A stretch of DNA of 64,000 bases, the filler included, from Myxococcota bacterium (GTDB lineage: Bacteria; Myxococcota_C; UBA6777): assembly GCA_023150835.1 (NCBI GenBank). It is 10 parts of 10 records of this genome, joined end to end, with 100 filler letters (N's around TTAATTAATTAA, not from the genome) between each part and the next. Parts side by side here need not be neighbours in the genome. Positions count along the whole stretch, not along the records: positions 1 to 3,377 come from JAKLKB010000232.1; positions 3,478 to 35,411 come from JAKLKB010000070.1; 8 more parts are not named here. One strand, given 5' to 3'. Positions 1 through 9,555 of this stretch are shown one piece after another. The translations under genes were made by a program, and so were the position numbers. The notes under the pieces are model-generated. The model searched no databases. It had not been told where the DNA came from and saw nothing but the letters and a program-made list of their open reading frames with translations. Within the stretch, counting starts at the first letter, position 1. Each line of letters begins with the position of its first letter.

Positions 1-475
1 TTCCAACATGTAGGGGCAACCCCCTGTGGTTGCCCTCGCTGAGAAGTGTTGCCTCTGGATACCTCTCTCATGGCGTTGGTTTGAACGGACCCATTCGAGG
101 TCACCGACGCAACAGAGATCGGGCAGGCACGGGGGCCTGCCCCTACAAAACACCGTGTGATTTCCAACACGTAGGTAGTGTGTCGCGTGAGGGATGGACA
201 CAGATTGCAAGCCCCTACAAAACACCGTGTGATTTCCAACATGTAGGGGCAACCCCCTGTGGTTGCCCTCGCTGAGAAGTGTTGCCTCTGGATACCTCTC
301 TCATGGCGTTGGTTTGAACGGACCCATTCGAGGTCACCGACGCAACAGAGCGAGGGCAGGCACACCTGTCTGCCCCTACAAAACACCGTGTGATTTCCAA
401 CATATAGGGGCAACCATGTGTGGTTGCCCTAGCTGAGGTTGGTTTGAACGGACCCACTCGATCAAAAACGTCGCT
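1..475. repeat. Array of GTAG-type REP palindromes (BIME-like), including a ~160-bp direct duplication (from 1 and from 234)
   Basis: Repeated GTAGGGGCAACCCCCTGTGGTTGCCC and inverse GCCCCTAC units, separated by the recurring linker AAAACACCGTGTGATTTCCAACA. Confidence 0.85.
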
Positions 476-490
476 CATGAGGTACCTTAG

Positions 491-515
491 AAGACCTCAA
501 AACACAACATGAGCC
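491..515. mobile_element. 25-bp putative element terminus, copy 1 (AAGACCTCAAAACACAACATGAGCC)
   Basis: Exact reverse-complement copies at 38393-38417 and 55167-55191; identity ends at or just beyond GAGCC. Confidence 0.6.
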
Positions 516-1015
516 AAGAAGGTGAATTCTCTGTGGCGTCTTCTGTGGTGTTGAAGATGTCGAAGATTGTAAAGAAGAATTTTCAAGCGATCAAAGAGAT
601 TGGGGGGGCTTATCCCGAACGAGAGGCTTCACGAAAAGTGTTGTGTGCAGTGGTGGAGATGATGGATCCTTCGACAAAAGCGCAGGCTTGTTTGTTTGTT
701 CTGCTGTCTGTTGCTTACGGAGAAGTCCCCAAACCTGCGTTGTTGTTGTGGGAGATTTTTTTGAAGGAAGCGTGGGCGAAGACCAAGCTATTCGAGCAGG
801 CATCGCAAGCTTATTTGTGGTCTGAAACCCCGCAAGGCATGAAGGCAAAAGAAAGGCTGCGGTCTCTTGCAAAAAGGGCAAAAGCCCGCCGGGAAGAGGC
901 TTCCACATCCGAACCGGACGAAGAGATTCGTCAGCACCTCAAAAAGCGAGACACGGAACTGTATGAGGAGTTTGCAATGTACCGACAAGAACACCTGAAC
1001 CAAGGGGTGAAGTGA
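509..1015 (+). CDS. Hypothetical helical protein (start uncertain)
   Basis: 168-aa ORF whose stop overlaps the next GTG (GTGA). The first ATG lies inside the 25-bp repeat, so the true start may be downstream. Confidence 0.55.
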   Translation: MSQEGEFSVASSVVLKMSKIVKKNFQAIKEIGGAYPEREASRKVLCAVVEMMDPSTKAQACLFVLLSVAYGEVPKPALLLWEIFLKEAWAKTKLFEQASQAYLWSETPQGMKAKERLRSLAKRAKARREEASTSEPDEEIRQHLKKRDTELYEEFAMYRQEHLNQGVK

Positions 1016-1200
1016 GCGAGATGAGCGCAAAGAGGCGGGATGTTCGATCCGGCGGTGGCGTCGAACAAGAAAGAAAAGCGAAGATCTCCCAAGCGCCCGC
1101 CCGTCGTGGAGAGATCTGGTGGGTGTGGAATAGCCAAGTAGGGTGGCCCAAAGATGGTGGTGTGGTGTGTGGGTGGATGATTGGAGAGGAGGTTGGATGA
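1012..1200 (+). pseudogene. Possible truncated PemK/MazF toxin N-terminus
   Basis: RRGEIWWV matches the MazF/PemK N-terminal motif, and similarity is lost immediately afterwards; coupled to the upstream ORF by GTGA. Confidence 0.35.
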
Positions 1201-2372
1201 TCGAGCGGGTGCGGTTGTTTCGTTTTAAGGGGCATCGAGAAACGGTGGTACGGTTGGGGAGATTGACGGCATTGGTGGGGCCGAACGGTGCGGGGAAAAC
1301 GAGCTTTTTGCAAGCGTTGCATTGCCTGCGCCGCCTCGAAGAAAGGGACTTGCTGAAGGGATTTCAAGGGGCATACGATCCGCTACAGTTTGTGCGAAAA
1401 GGGGAAACCTCGGTTGCGTGGGGGCTTGAGGGTGTGGCGGGTGTTGCAAAAGAGCCTTGGGCGTTCGGTTTGGAATTCCAATTGCCGAAGTCGAAGAATT
1501 GGATGTTTGATTGCTCTGTGGACTGGTCGTGGCAGGGGGTGGAAGAAAAGCAACAACAACACGGAACGACGACAAATATCTGGGCGGGTGGGAGCGGGGA
1601 GGCCCCTCCAAAGGCGACGCCATCGGTCTTCCGGGAGTTGTTGTGCCGCAGTGTATTGTTGAAGATGCAAGCGGGTTTGTTGGCGGAGGTATCGTTTTCG
1701 CCGGATGAGATCCCGCGTGTGGCGGAAGATGGGCGTTATCTTGCGAGTGCGATAGCGTATTTGAAGACGTATGAGGAAGCGGCCTTTGAGCGATTGCAAG
1801 AGGCCGTGCGACGGGTGATCCCGCAAGTCGAGCGTTTGCGGGTGAAGCGAACGAAGCGGCATTTTGTGGAAACACGTTATGTAAGTGTGGAAGGCCGAGG
1901 GGTTCCGATCCAAGAGACACGGGAAGCGGTGGGGGATGAGTTGGTGTTTGATATGCGAGGGGTGGGGGAGATCACAGCGAAGGATGTGAGCGAGGGAACG
2001 TTGTTGGCGGTGGGTTTATTGACGGTGTTGATGAGTCCTGCTTGTCCGAGTCTGGTGCTTTTTGATGACGTGGAGCAAGCGCTTCATCCGAAAGCCCAGC
2101 GCGAACTGATCAAAGTGTTGAAGGGTATCTTAAAAGAGCGAGAAGAATTGCAGATCATCGTGACGACCCATTCACCGTATATCGTGGATGCGCTGGAGAC
2201 ATCGTCGGTGTGTGTGATGGCGATGGACGCAAAAGGGGAAGTGAAGGCGCATGCATTAAGCGAACATCCCAACGCTGCGCGCTTTTTGGATATCTTGACG
2301 ACGGGTGAGTTTTTGAGCGCAGAAGGGGAAGATTGGGTGTTGGATGTGGAGGAAGAAGGGGCGGGTGGATGA
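1197..2372 (+). CDS. AAA family ATPase (AAA_21/AbiEii-like, ABC-type)
   Basis: Walker A GPNGAGKT, signature VSEGT, Walker B/D-loop VLFDDVEQALHP, H-loop TTHSP; RBS GGAGAGGAGG before ATG 1197. Confidence 0.9.
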   Translation: MIERVRLFRFKGHRETVVRLGRLTALVGPNGAGKTSFLQALHCLRRLEERDLLKGFQGAYDPLQFVRKGETSVAWGLEGVAGVAKEPWAFGLEFQLPKSKNWMFDCSVDWSWQGVEEKQQQHGTTTNIWAGGSGEAPPKATPSVFRELLCRSVLLKMQAGLLAEVSFSPDEIPRVAEDGRYLASAIAYLKTYEEAAFERLQEAVRRVIPQVERLRVKRTKRHFVETRYVSVEGRGVPIQETREAVGDELVFDMRGVGEITAKDVSEGTLLAVGLLTVLMSPACPSLVLFDDVEQALHPKAQRELIKVLKGILKEREELQIIVTTHSPYIVDALETSSVCVMAMDAKGEVKAHALSEHPNAARFLDILTTGEFLSAEGEDWVLDVEEEGAGG

Positions 2373-3154
2373 TAACGATTCTTGTGGTGGTTGAAGCGGA
2401 GGCGGATTTTCGTATCGCGTCGGTTTTGGCGGATCGTGTGTTTCAGGAAAAGGCGGAGCCTTGGGTTGCGGATAATTTGGGCGATCTGCGAGAGTGGTTT
2501 GGTTTTTTGCCCGAAAGCGCGTTTGTTTGTTGGAAGGCGTTGCATTCCGTTGAGGGGGAGATGTTCGAGGGCAAGATCCCGCGTATGTTGGGGCATCTCA
2601 ACGGCGAAGCTTTGGGTTCGGACGGTGTGTTGGCAAGGCGTGTGTTGCAGATGGCGAAGCTGGCGGCGCAGAAAACCCCATCGCTGAAGGGGATCTTGTT
2701 GATGAAGGATGTGGATACGCACAACCAAGCGAAGAAGCAGCGAGATGCGTTGGAACGTGTGAGGCAAAGCGAAGAGGGGGCTTTTGCAGTTGTTCTAGGG
2801 TTGGCCAATCCCAAACGCGAAGCATGGGTGTTAAACGGTTTTGTGTTGGAGAGCGAAGAAGAAAAGGCCAAGCACGCGGAACTGAAAAAACAATTGGGGT
2901 TTGATCCTTGTACGGAAGCGCATCGTTTGCGAACGGTGAGCCACAGCAACACAAAAGAACAGGCGCGGGATGTAAAGAACGTGTTGGAGGGTTTGACGGG
3001 AGGGGAATTTGCGCGGGAGGAAAGGTGTTGGGTAGCTACGGAGCTTGCGCATTTGCGGGAGTGTGGGAGCGAAACAGGCTTAACGATGTTTTTGGAGGAG
3101 TTGGAGAAGCGATTTGTGCTGTTGTTGGGGGAAAGATGTGTGATCGAAGGGTAG
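2369..3154 (+). CDS. TOPRIM-like partner of the ATPase (DUF4276/RloB-like)
   Basis: ATGA overlap with the ATPase; VVVEAEAD, KDVD and REAW motifs. Confidence 0.7.
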   Translation: MITILVVVEAEADFRIASVLADRVFQEKAEPWVADNLGDLREWFGFLPESAFVCWKALHSVEGEMFEGKIPRMLGHLNGEALGSDGVLARRVLQMAKLAAQKTPSLKGILLMKDVDTHNQAKKQRDALERVRQSEEGAFAVVLGLANPKREAWVLNGFVLESEEEKAKHAELKKQLGFDPCTEAHRLRTVSHSNTKEQARDVKNVLEGLTGGEFAREERCWVATELAHLRECGSETGLTMFLEELEKRFVLLLGERCVIEG

Positions 3155-3173
3155 GTGCAATTCGATGTGACTG

Positions 3174-3332
3174 CCCTGTGGTTGGGCAGCCCCCTGTGGC
3201 GCTTGGACCAACTCATGCCATTCGTTTGCGATCACCCTTCCTACAATATCCGTCAAAAGCGTATCCATAAGCGTCGATGCGGTTTGTTGTAAACGCCCTG
3301 TGATTGGGCAGCCACAGGGGGCTGCCCCTACT
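3174..3332 (-). repeat. REP element
   Basis: GGGCAGCCACAGGGGGCTGCCCCTAC plus a linker shared with the 5450 and 35050 copies. Confidence 0.8.
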
Positions 3333-3377
3333 TTTTCACGTACTTCACGGACGGAACTCGTAGAAACTGTTTGCTTT

Positions 3378-3477
3378 NNNNNNNNNNNNNNNNNNNNNNN
3401 NNNNNNNNNNNNNNNNNNNNNTTAATTAATTAANNNNNNNNNNNNNNNNNNNNNNNNNNNNNNNNNNNNNNNNNNNN
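3378..3477. other. Artificial contig spacer. Others at 35412-35511, 38564-38663, 41476-41575, 44908-45007, 47697-47796, 50277-50376, 52816-52915 and 55307-55406
   Basis: Identical 100-bp N run containing TTAATTAATTAA (stops in all six frames). Confidence 0.98.
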
Positions 3478-3479
3478 GG

Positions 3480-5420
3480 GAGAGCGCAGCGTTAGGTGTG
3501 CGTGCGGTGCTTGGAGAGAGTGAGGGGGATGTGTTGGTGTTTTTACCCGGGATGCGGGAGATTCGAGACTGTCAGAAAGTGTTGACTCCGTTGGCGCAGG
3601 CGAACGATCTGCTATTATGCCCGCTGTATGGGGAACAAAGCATCGCGGAACAAGATATCGCGATGCGTCCTGCCAAGCAGCGCAAGATCATCTTGGCGAC
3701 CAACGTTGCGGAAACATCGTTGACGATCCAAGGGGTGCGCAGCGTGGTTGATACAGGTTGGGCGCGGAAGTTACGGTATGATCCAAGCTGTGGTCTGGAT
3801 CGGTTGGAGACCGAGCGGATCAGTGTAGCAAGCGCCACCCAGCGGGCGGGTCGTGCAGGGCGCGAAGCAGCGGGGCTGTGTTTGCGTTTGTGGTCTCCGC
3901 ACCTGCGCTTGCAAGAAGAAGATGCGCCCGAAGTGTTGCGTGTCGATCTTTCAGGAGCATTGTTGCAATTGATGGCGTGGGGAGAGCCGAATCCTGCGGG
4001 GTTTTCGTGGCTGACTCCCCCACCAGCGCATCATCTTGAGCAAGCTCTTGATCTACTTGGGCAGCTTGACGCGATCCAGCAGGGACAGCTTGCAGAACGC
4101 GGTCGTTGGATGGCGCAGATCCCCGTCACGCCGCGTCTTGCGTCGTTTCTGTTGGACGCACAGAAGCGGGGGGTTTTGCAAGAGGCGGGTTTGTTGGCGG
4201 CGTTGCTGTCTGAGAAGCATCCGTTTGGTGGGCTGTTGCGTGAGCGCCCACCCCGCGAACTGGCGGAGATCGAGTCGGATCTGATCGATCAGATGAACTT
4301 GGTGGAAGAAGTAGATCTTTCGGAGCATCCGCTGTCTGCGCAGTACAGACGCAGCACCTCGCCGTTGCGCCAAGTCCAACAGCAGCTTGTCCAAAGTGTT
4401 GCTTCTTCGCCGCGAACAGGGAGCCTGTCTCGTGCGCAGCGCGACGAAGCGCTTGCGAGGGCCTTGCTTGCGGGGTTTCCAGATCGTGTTGCCCAACGCC
4501 GCGACGGAGATCCCCTGCGTGCGGTCTTGGCGAATGGTCGGGGTGTTCGCCTCGATCCGCAAAGCCAAGTCAAACAAGCGCCGTTGTTTCTTGCGTTGGA
4601 TGTAGACGCAGGAAAACGTCAGGAACGCGCCGAAGCATGGGCGCGTCAGAACTCTGCGATCCAAGAGGCGTGGTTGGCCCCGTCTCACCTTCGAGAAGAG
4701 CAAGAGATCGCCTTTGATGCTACACGTGGGCGGGTGGTAGGGCAACAAAAGACGCTGTACCAACAGCTTTTGTTGCGCTCTAGGCCATTTTTACCCGATG
4801 CTACGGCTGTTTCTGATCGGCTCGCGCAAGAGGCGGCTCGCGATCCTCTTGTGGCTTTGGGCCTTGATCAGCCCGTGTATGCGCAGCTTTTGCTGCGTTT
4901 GCGTGCGTTGCATCGTTGGCTGCCCGAGGCGAAAGCTCCTGCGTTTGATGAGGCGATGCTACGAGAGCGATTGCCGCTGTGGTGCTTTGGCAAGCGCTCT
5001 TTTGAAGAGATCCGTCAGTTGCCATGGGCCGAGATGTTGTTGGCGGAGCTTTCGTATCCACAACAGCGCACCCTACAGGAAGAGATCCCCGAACGCATCG
5101 AAGTTCCGAGCGGATCGGTGTTGCGGATCGAATACCGCGAAGCGGACGATCCGCCGATCCTTGCGGTGCGCATCCAAGAAGTGTTCGGTTGGTTGGATAC
5201 CCCACGCATCGCGAAAGGACGGGTCGCTTTGTTGTTGCATCTGTTGGCCCCGAATCATCGGCCTCAACAAGTGACACAAGATCTTCGTAGCTTCTGGCAA
5301 AACACATACAACGAAGTGCGCAAAGAGCTTCGCCAGCGTTATCCGAAACATGCGTGGCCTGAAGATCCTTTTTCCGCCAAAGCCGAACGACGGCCACAAC
5401 GGAAGAAAACGGGCGTGTGA
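3480..5420 (+). CDS. hrpB: ATP-dependent helicase HrpB (5' partial)
   Basis: LVFLPG, ATNVAETSLTI, QRAGRAGR, and HrpB C-terminus LLAPNHRPQQVTQDLRSFW...RYPKHAWPEDP. Confidence 0.95.
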   Translation, partial: ESAALGVRAVLGESEGDVLVFLPGMREIRDCQKVLTPLAQANDLLLCPLYGEQSIAEQDIAMRPAKQRKIILATNVAETSLTIQGVRSVVDTGWARKLRYDPSCGLDRLETERISVASATQRAGRAGREAAGLCLRLWSPHLRLQEEDAPEVLRVDLSGALLQLMAWGEPNPAGFSWLTPPPAHHLEQALDLLGQLDAIQQGQLAERGRWMAQIPVTPRLASFLLDAQKRGVLQEAGLLAALLSEKHPFGGLLRERPPRELAEIESDLIDQMNLVEEVDLSEHPLSAQYRRSTSPLRQVQQQLVQSVASSPRTGSLSRAQRDEALARALLAGFPDRVAQRRDGDPLRAVLANGRGVRLDPQSQVKQAPLFLALDVDAGKRQERAEAWARQNSAIQEAWLAPSHLREEQEIAFDATRGRVVGQQKTLYQQLLLRSRPFLPDATAVSDRLAQEAARDPLVALGLDQPVYAQLLLRLRALHRWLPEAKAPAFDEAMLRERLPLWCFGKRSFEEIRQLPWAEMLLAELSYPQQRTLQEEIPERIEVPSGSVLRIEYREADDPPILAVRIQEVFGWLDTPRIAKGRVALLLHLLAPNHRPQQVTQDLRSFWQNTYNEVRKELRQRYPKHAWPEDPFSAKAERRPQRKKTGV

Positions 5421-5449
5421 TCTTGGTGAGATACGGTGTTCGTGAGAAG

Positions 5450-5553
5450 TGTACTTGAAGGGTCGATGCGATCCGTTGTAAACGCCCCGTTGTTGGGAAG
5501 CTACGGGGGGCTGCCCCTACGTTTTGCGATCACACACGCTGCGGATTTCGTAT
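5450..5553 (-). repeat. REP element
   Basis: GGGGGCTGCCCCTAC followed by the recurring CGGATTTCGTAT flank. Confidence 0.75.
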
Positions 5554-5614
5554 CGGTGGCAGATTTTGCGGGAGATGAAGGGGAAGCGTGCTGGATCTGT
5601 TGTTTTGCGGGGGT

Positions 5615-5845
5615 TTAGGGGAGGTAGCGGGAGACGTACTGGATTAATTCTTCGAGGGTGATGCGGTTGCCCTTGCAGTCGAAGAGGCAGATCTTGCCTT
5701 CTTCGAGGCGGACATCAAAGCCATTTTCGCGGGGTGGGCCAGCGGGACGTCCCGGTGCTGCGGGGGGAGCGCCGTGTTCACCTTTGTTGAGGATGGCAGC
5801 GACAACTGTTGCGATCCCAAGAGATCTTTCTTTGTTTTGTTGCAT
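5615..5845 (-). CDS. Small hypothetical protein (76 aa)
   Basis: AGGAG RBS before ATG 5845; globular-looking C-terminal half. Confidence 0.55.
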   Translation of the reverse strand: MQQNKERSLGIATVVAAILNKGEHGAPPAAPGRPAGPPRENGFDVRLEEGKICLFDCKGNRITLEELIQYVSRYLP

Positions 5846-6057
5846 TTGGATTGCTCCTGCGGGTGGATTGGCCTTGTGCATCGGCCCAAGATGGGCATAC
5901 TCAAACGTGAACCATCGCGCACAAACGCTTTTGTGAAAGCCGATGTTTCGGATATAGCTTGCTTTGCTCAAGAAAGGCAAGGATGCGTGATGCAATGCAC
6001 CGTGGTTCGGGTGTTTGGTGCGTCTGAAATCAGGATTTGTGCGGTTGGAGAGTTTGG

Positions 6058-6180
6058 TGGGGTTCCACCCCACGCCCCGCCATAGAGCGCGGCTCCCTTG
6101 ACCCCGTGTGGTCCTGCGGATCGTTGGTTTCAAAAAACAACATCTCTGCTGATCGAGGCGACGCGAATACGGGAGTTTTT
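6058..6180 (-). repeat. Triple-hairpin dispersed repeat copy
   Basis: Reverse complement ends GGGGTCAAGGGAGCCGCGCTC...GGGGCGTGGGGTGGAACCCCA. Confidence 0.8.
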
Positions 6181-6210
6181 GTCAACCGCGCAACTTCTAT
6201 GGAGTGTTCG

Positions 6211-6636
6211 ATGCGATCGTCTAAGTCTATCCATTCTGCTTCGGCTATTAAAACCACGAAGCCATCGACAAATCAGACCAAAACACAAGCCAACGGCAAG
6301 TCAAGCAAAACGCCCGAATCATCGCGCAGTTTGTGTGATGAGTTGTTGGAGCTTGTGCGCAAGATCCCCGAAGGAAAGGTTGCAAGCTACGGATACTTGG
6401 GCCGATTGTTGTCGCGTCCCTGTTCGGGGTTGGTCGTGGGGAAGCTGCTTGCCAATCCGTACGCCGATGCCCCGTGGTGGCGGGTCGTGGGCGTGGATGG
6501 GACGCTGCTATTGCGTCGCCGCAGCCTGATGTTGGGAGAGGAACAAGCCCGATTGTTGGAGGAGGAAGGCATCGCGTGGGAGGCCGATGGGCGTGTCAAG
6601 ATGGCGCTGCATCGGTGGGAAATCGCGGAGGACTGA
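6211..6636 (+). CDS. Alkyltransferase-like (MGMT family, ATL/YbaZ-like) protein
   Basis: IPEGKVASYG, and PWWRVV with Trp replacing the PCHR cysteine; GGAG RBS before ATG 6211. Confidence 0.85.
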   Translation: MRSSKSIHSASAIKTTKPSTNQTKTQANGKSSKTPESSRSLCDELLELVRKIPEGKVASYGYLGRLLSRPCSGLVVGKLLANPYADAPWWRVVGVDGTLLLRRRSLMLGEEQARLLEEEGIAWEADGRVKMALHRWEIAED

Positions 6637-6713
6637 GAGGAAGCCTCTGTTGCGAGCCTTGATGAGGGTAAGCGAGACGAAGTCTGTATTGCGATGATCG
6701 AGACGGGCGGGTA

Positions 6714-8438
6714 TCAGGGGGAGAGTTGGAGGGAGATATCGAGTTTGAAGCCGGTTTTTGCGGGGAGGAAGCGGAAGGTGGAGAGTTCCATGCCTTGGAG
6801 GAAGGGCAAGAAGCCAGCGAGGACCATGCGGGTGGAGAAGGGGAGATTGAGTTGGTTGATAGCGGAGTAGAGGTTGCGGAGGCTGAGGAGCAAGCCGACG
6901 CCGCGTTTTTGTTCGAGGACAGGGGGAATTTGGGAGGGGAAGAGGCGTTGTGCGGAGGCTTGTGCAGCGGAAAGTGTGAAGGCAAGGGCTTTTCGGTGAA
7001 GTGCGATCACAAGGGTGCGGCCAACGATGGTGAGATAAAGTGAAGCGCCCGGGGAGGGGGTGACTTTGTAGAGGGGATTTCCGTTGGTGCCGGTGGTTTG
7101 TTGGATGGGAGGGAGGTTGCGTTTGGCGGCGATATCGGGGAGAGCGGCCAAGAGGCGGCTTGCTGCGCTCGGGTTGCGCAGTTCGAGGAAGATGGCGGCT
7201 TCGATCAGGCTTGGGACCATCGCGGGGCGGCGTTGGAGATAAGAGACGATCATCGGATCGACGCCAAGCAAGGCAAAGACAGCGTGGCCTGAAAACATCG
7301 GGAGGACTTCTTTTTCGAGATCCATGCCGACGGTGCGGCGGAAGCTGTTGAGTTCGGCAGCGGGATCTTGTCCTGTACCACGTTGTGCGGCGCGGCGGGC
7401 TTCTGCGATGGAAGTTTGGAAAAGATTGCGCAGGTTGACAGAGACACGGAGGGCGGCGAGGGCGTTTTTGTGGAGCATCTTGGCGAGGTTTGCGGGGGTT
7501 CCAGCGGTGCGACCGAAGAAGTTGCGGAGGCGCAGGATATCTTGATCTTTGGGAGCATCTGCGACCATAACGGCGCGTAGTCCGTTGTTTTCGATGTGGA
7601 GACCTGCGATCACCCAATCAAAGTTTCCGCGTTGAAGGAGTGGGAGGCCATTTGAGGAGCCTGTGATGTTGCGTTTGTTTTGCACCAAGATGGCGGCTGT
7701 TTCGGCTCCTTTGAGGCGGCGGACCCCTGCGAGGAAAGCAGGGTTGTTGGCCATCGAGGAAGAGGCGGGGAGCTGGATCAGGCGTTGGAGGACGGTTTTT
7801 CCGTCGAGGTGGGCGGTGGAGGGAGGGATCTGAGCGGTGACTTTTTTGGAGCGGCTGACGAGCAAGACGCGGCGGCCGAGGACGGTGTAGCTTGCCAAGG
7901 CGTCTTGTGGGTTGAGCGGGCCTGCATCTGCCGCACTTGCGGGGGGATACAAGGTGACGACCTTGGAGCCTGCGACGGTGGATTCTTCGCGTCGAAGGGG
8001 TCCAACGGCGAACTTGCCGAGGCGTGCGACAGCTTCCTCGAAGCCCGCTTCATTTTGAGCGGTTCCTGCGACGACAACCCACTCTGTGCCTTGGATATCG
8101 AGCAAAGTCATCACGCCTGCGCCGTTGCGAACAAAGCCGAGTTTTTCGAGGCTTGCAGCGCTCAACACGTCGATCTGGTGTTGTGACTTGAGTTGTTCGA
8201 GGTAGGCGCGGACTTGCGCACCCATCGGATTTTTGCTTTCAAGTTTTGTCAATAGCCGCCCGAGTTGATTGGGTAGGCGCCCAAGGACAGGAACCCACGC
8301 GACGACTTCGACGTTGGCGGGGAAGTGCAAGAGCAGCTCACGCAAGGCAGGGGAAACGGGGGCGGCTTGGGCAGGAGAGAGCGCAACAGCCCAATACAAG
8401 GCGAAGATCGCGGCGAAAGGGAAAAAGGTTCGTCTCAT
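6714..8438 (-). CDS. Secreted hypothetical protein (DUF3352-like)
   Basis: Signal peptide ending AQA-A; 574-aa ORF; the family call is tentative. Confidence 0.75.
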   Translation of the reverse strand: MRRTFFPFAAIFALYWAVALSPAQAAPVSPALRELLLHFPANVEVVAWVPVLGRLPNQLGRLLTKLESKNPMGAQVRAYLEQLKSQHQIDVLSAASLEKLGFVRNGAGVMTLLDIQGTEWVVVAGTAQNEAGFEEAVARLGKFAVGPLRREESTVAGSKVVTLYPPASAADAGPLNPQDALASYTVLGRRVLLVSRSKKVTAQIPPSTAHLDGKTVLQRLIQLPASSSMANNPAFLAGVRRLKGAETAAILVQNKRNITGSSNGLPLLQRGNFDWVIAGLHIENNGLRAVMVADAPKDQDILRLRNFFGRTAGTPANLAKMLHKNALAALRVSVNLRNLFQTSIAEARRAAQRGTGQDPAAELNSFRRTVGMDLEKEVLPMFSGHAVFALLGVDPMIVSYLQRRPAMVPSLIEAAIFLELRNPSAASRLLAALPDIAAKRNLPPIQQTTGTNGNPLYKVTPSPGASLYLTIVGRTLVIALHRKALAFTLSAAQASAQRLFPSQIPPVLEQKRGVGLLLSLRNLYSAINQLNLPFSTRMVLAGFLPFLQGMELSTFRFLPAKTGFKLDISLQLSP

Positions 8439-8452
8439 GGAAGATCAGGCTC

Positions 8453-9505
8453 CTAGGGTTTGGGGGGTTGTTGAAGCATGCGTTCGATGGATTCGCCGAT
8501 CTTTTTACCGCCGCCAGCGTGCATGGCGCGGACGAGGCCATCCGGTCCGATCAAGACAAAGGTGGGGACCGTGAGGATCTGATAGCGGGCGGATATCTCC
8601 CCTTTGGGATCGGCCAAGATCGGGCATTGTAATTTTTGTTCGGCGTGGAAGGTTTTGAGCATGTCCTTGCGCAGGTCATCGTCAGCTTGGACGTAGGTGA
8701 TCAAGCGAAAGCGGTGTTGGTTTTTTTGGGCGTATTGATCGAGGGGTGGGAGTGTGGTGCGGCAATGAGGGCATCCGACGGACCAAAAGACCAAGAGGGT
8801 GGGGAGTTTTGGAGGTGTGAGGGCGGGTGAGGGTGTGGTGTTGGGGAGGATGGGTTGAGATTGGTAGTTTGGGGCTTTTTTGCCGATGAGGTCGAGCGGG
8901 TTGGGGGAAGCGCCCGGGGCCCGTGTATAGGGGATCTCGACGTTTGCAGCGACTTGTTGGAGGAGTTGGAAGAGGGTGGTGTGGGGTCGCACCGTTTCGG
9001 TGAGCGAGGAAGCGTTGGAGAGGCGGAGGTAGCCTTTGGTGGTGACGATCGAGTAAGACGGGACGTGGCGTGTGAGGGTGACGTAGGCGAGCAAGCCTCG
9101 GCTGTCATCGACCAAGACGGGGAGAGTGATCTTGAGTTGTTGAAGGCGGGTGAAGGCTTGCTTGACTTCTTTTTGGCTGTTGACTTTGGTGATGGCAAAG
9201 AAGCGGATCTTGTCTTTGAACATCGGGAGGTTGGAGGCGGCGTGGGCGGCTTGTAGCTCTGTTTCGGAGCCTTTGTGTCCGGGCAAGAAGTAGATCATCA
9301 CGATCGGTATTTTGCCGATGACATCGGTGAAATTGAAGTCTTTGAGGTACGGTTTGGCTTTGGGGCTGGAGGCTTGAATGTACTTGACCTTGAAGGGGGG
9401 GAAGCGAAAGCCTTTTTGGGCGGATTCTGCGTGGATGTGGGGTGCTTTCCACAGGCCAAGCCAGAGTGTAACTGTGCAATATCCGATGAATTTGATTGAT
9501 TGCAT
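8453..9505 (-). CDS. Exported redoxin/TlpA-like protein with two thioredoxin-fold domains
   Basis: C-terminal LVFWSVGCPHC and VPTFVLIGPDG; N-terminal domain lacks CxxC; GAGGAAGG RBS before ATG 9505. Confidence 0.85.
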   Translation of the reverse strand: MQSIKFIGYCTVTLWLGLWKAPHIHAESAQKGFRFPPFKVKYIQASSPKAKPYLKDFNFTDVIGKIPIVMIYFLPGHKGSETELQAAHAASNLPMFKDKIRFFAITKVNSQKEVKQAFTRLQQLKITLPVLVDDSRGLLAYVTLTRHVPSYSIVTTKGYLRLSNASSLTETVRPHTTLFQLLQQVAANVEIPYTRAPGASPNPLDLIGKKAPNYQSQPILPNTTPSPALTPPKLPTLLVFWSVGCPHCRTTLPPLDQYAQKNQHRFRLITYVQADDDLRKDMLKTFHAEQKLQCPILADPKGEISARYQILTVPTFVLIGPDGLVRAMHAGGGKKIGESIERMLQQPPKP

Positions 9506-9555
9506 CGCCTTCCTCGTCGATGGAGGTTGTGTGGAGGGGGTTGGTTTTGACGTGC

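Noticed and set aside
3378..3477. TTAATTAATTAA within N runs (nine copies)
   Set aside because: Artificial contig joiner. Adjacency across these spacers is not biological, and ORFs reading into them are artefacts
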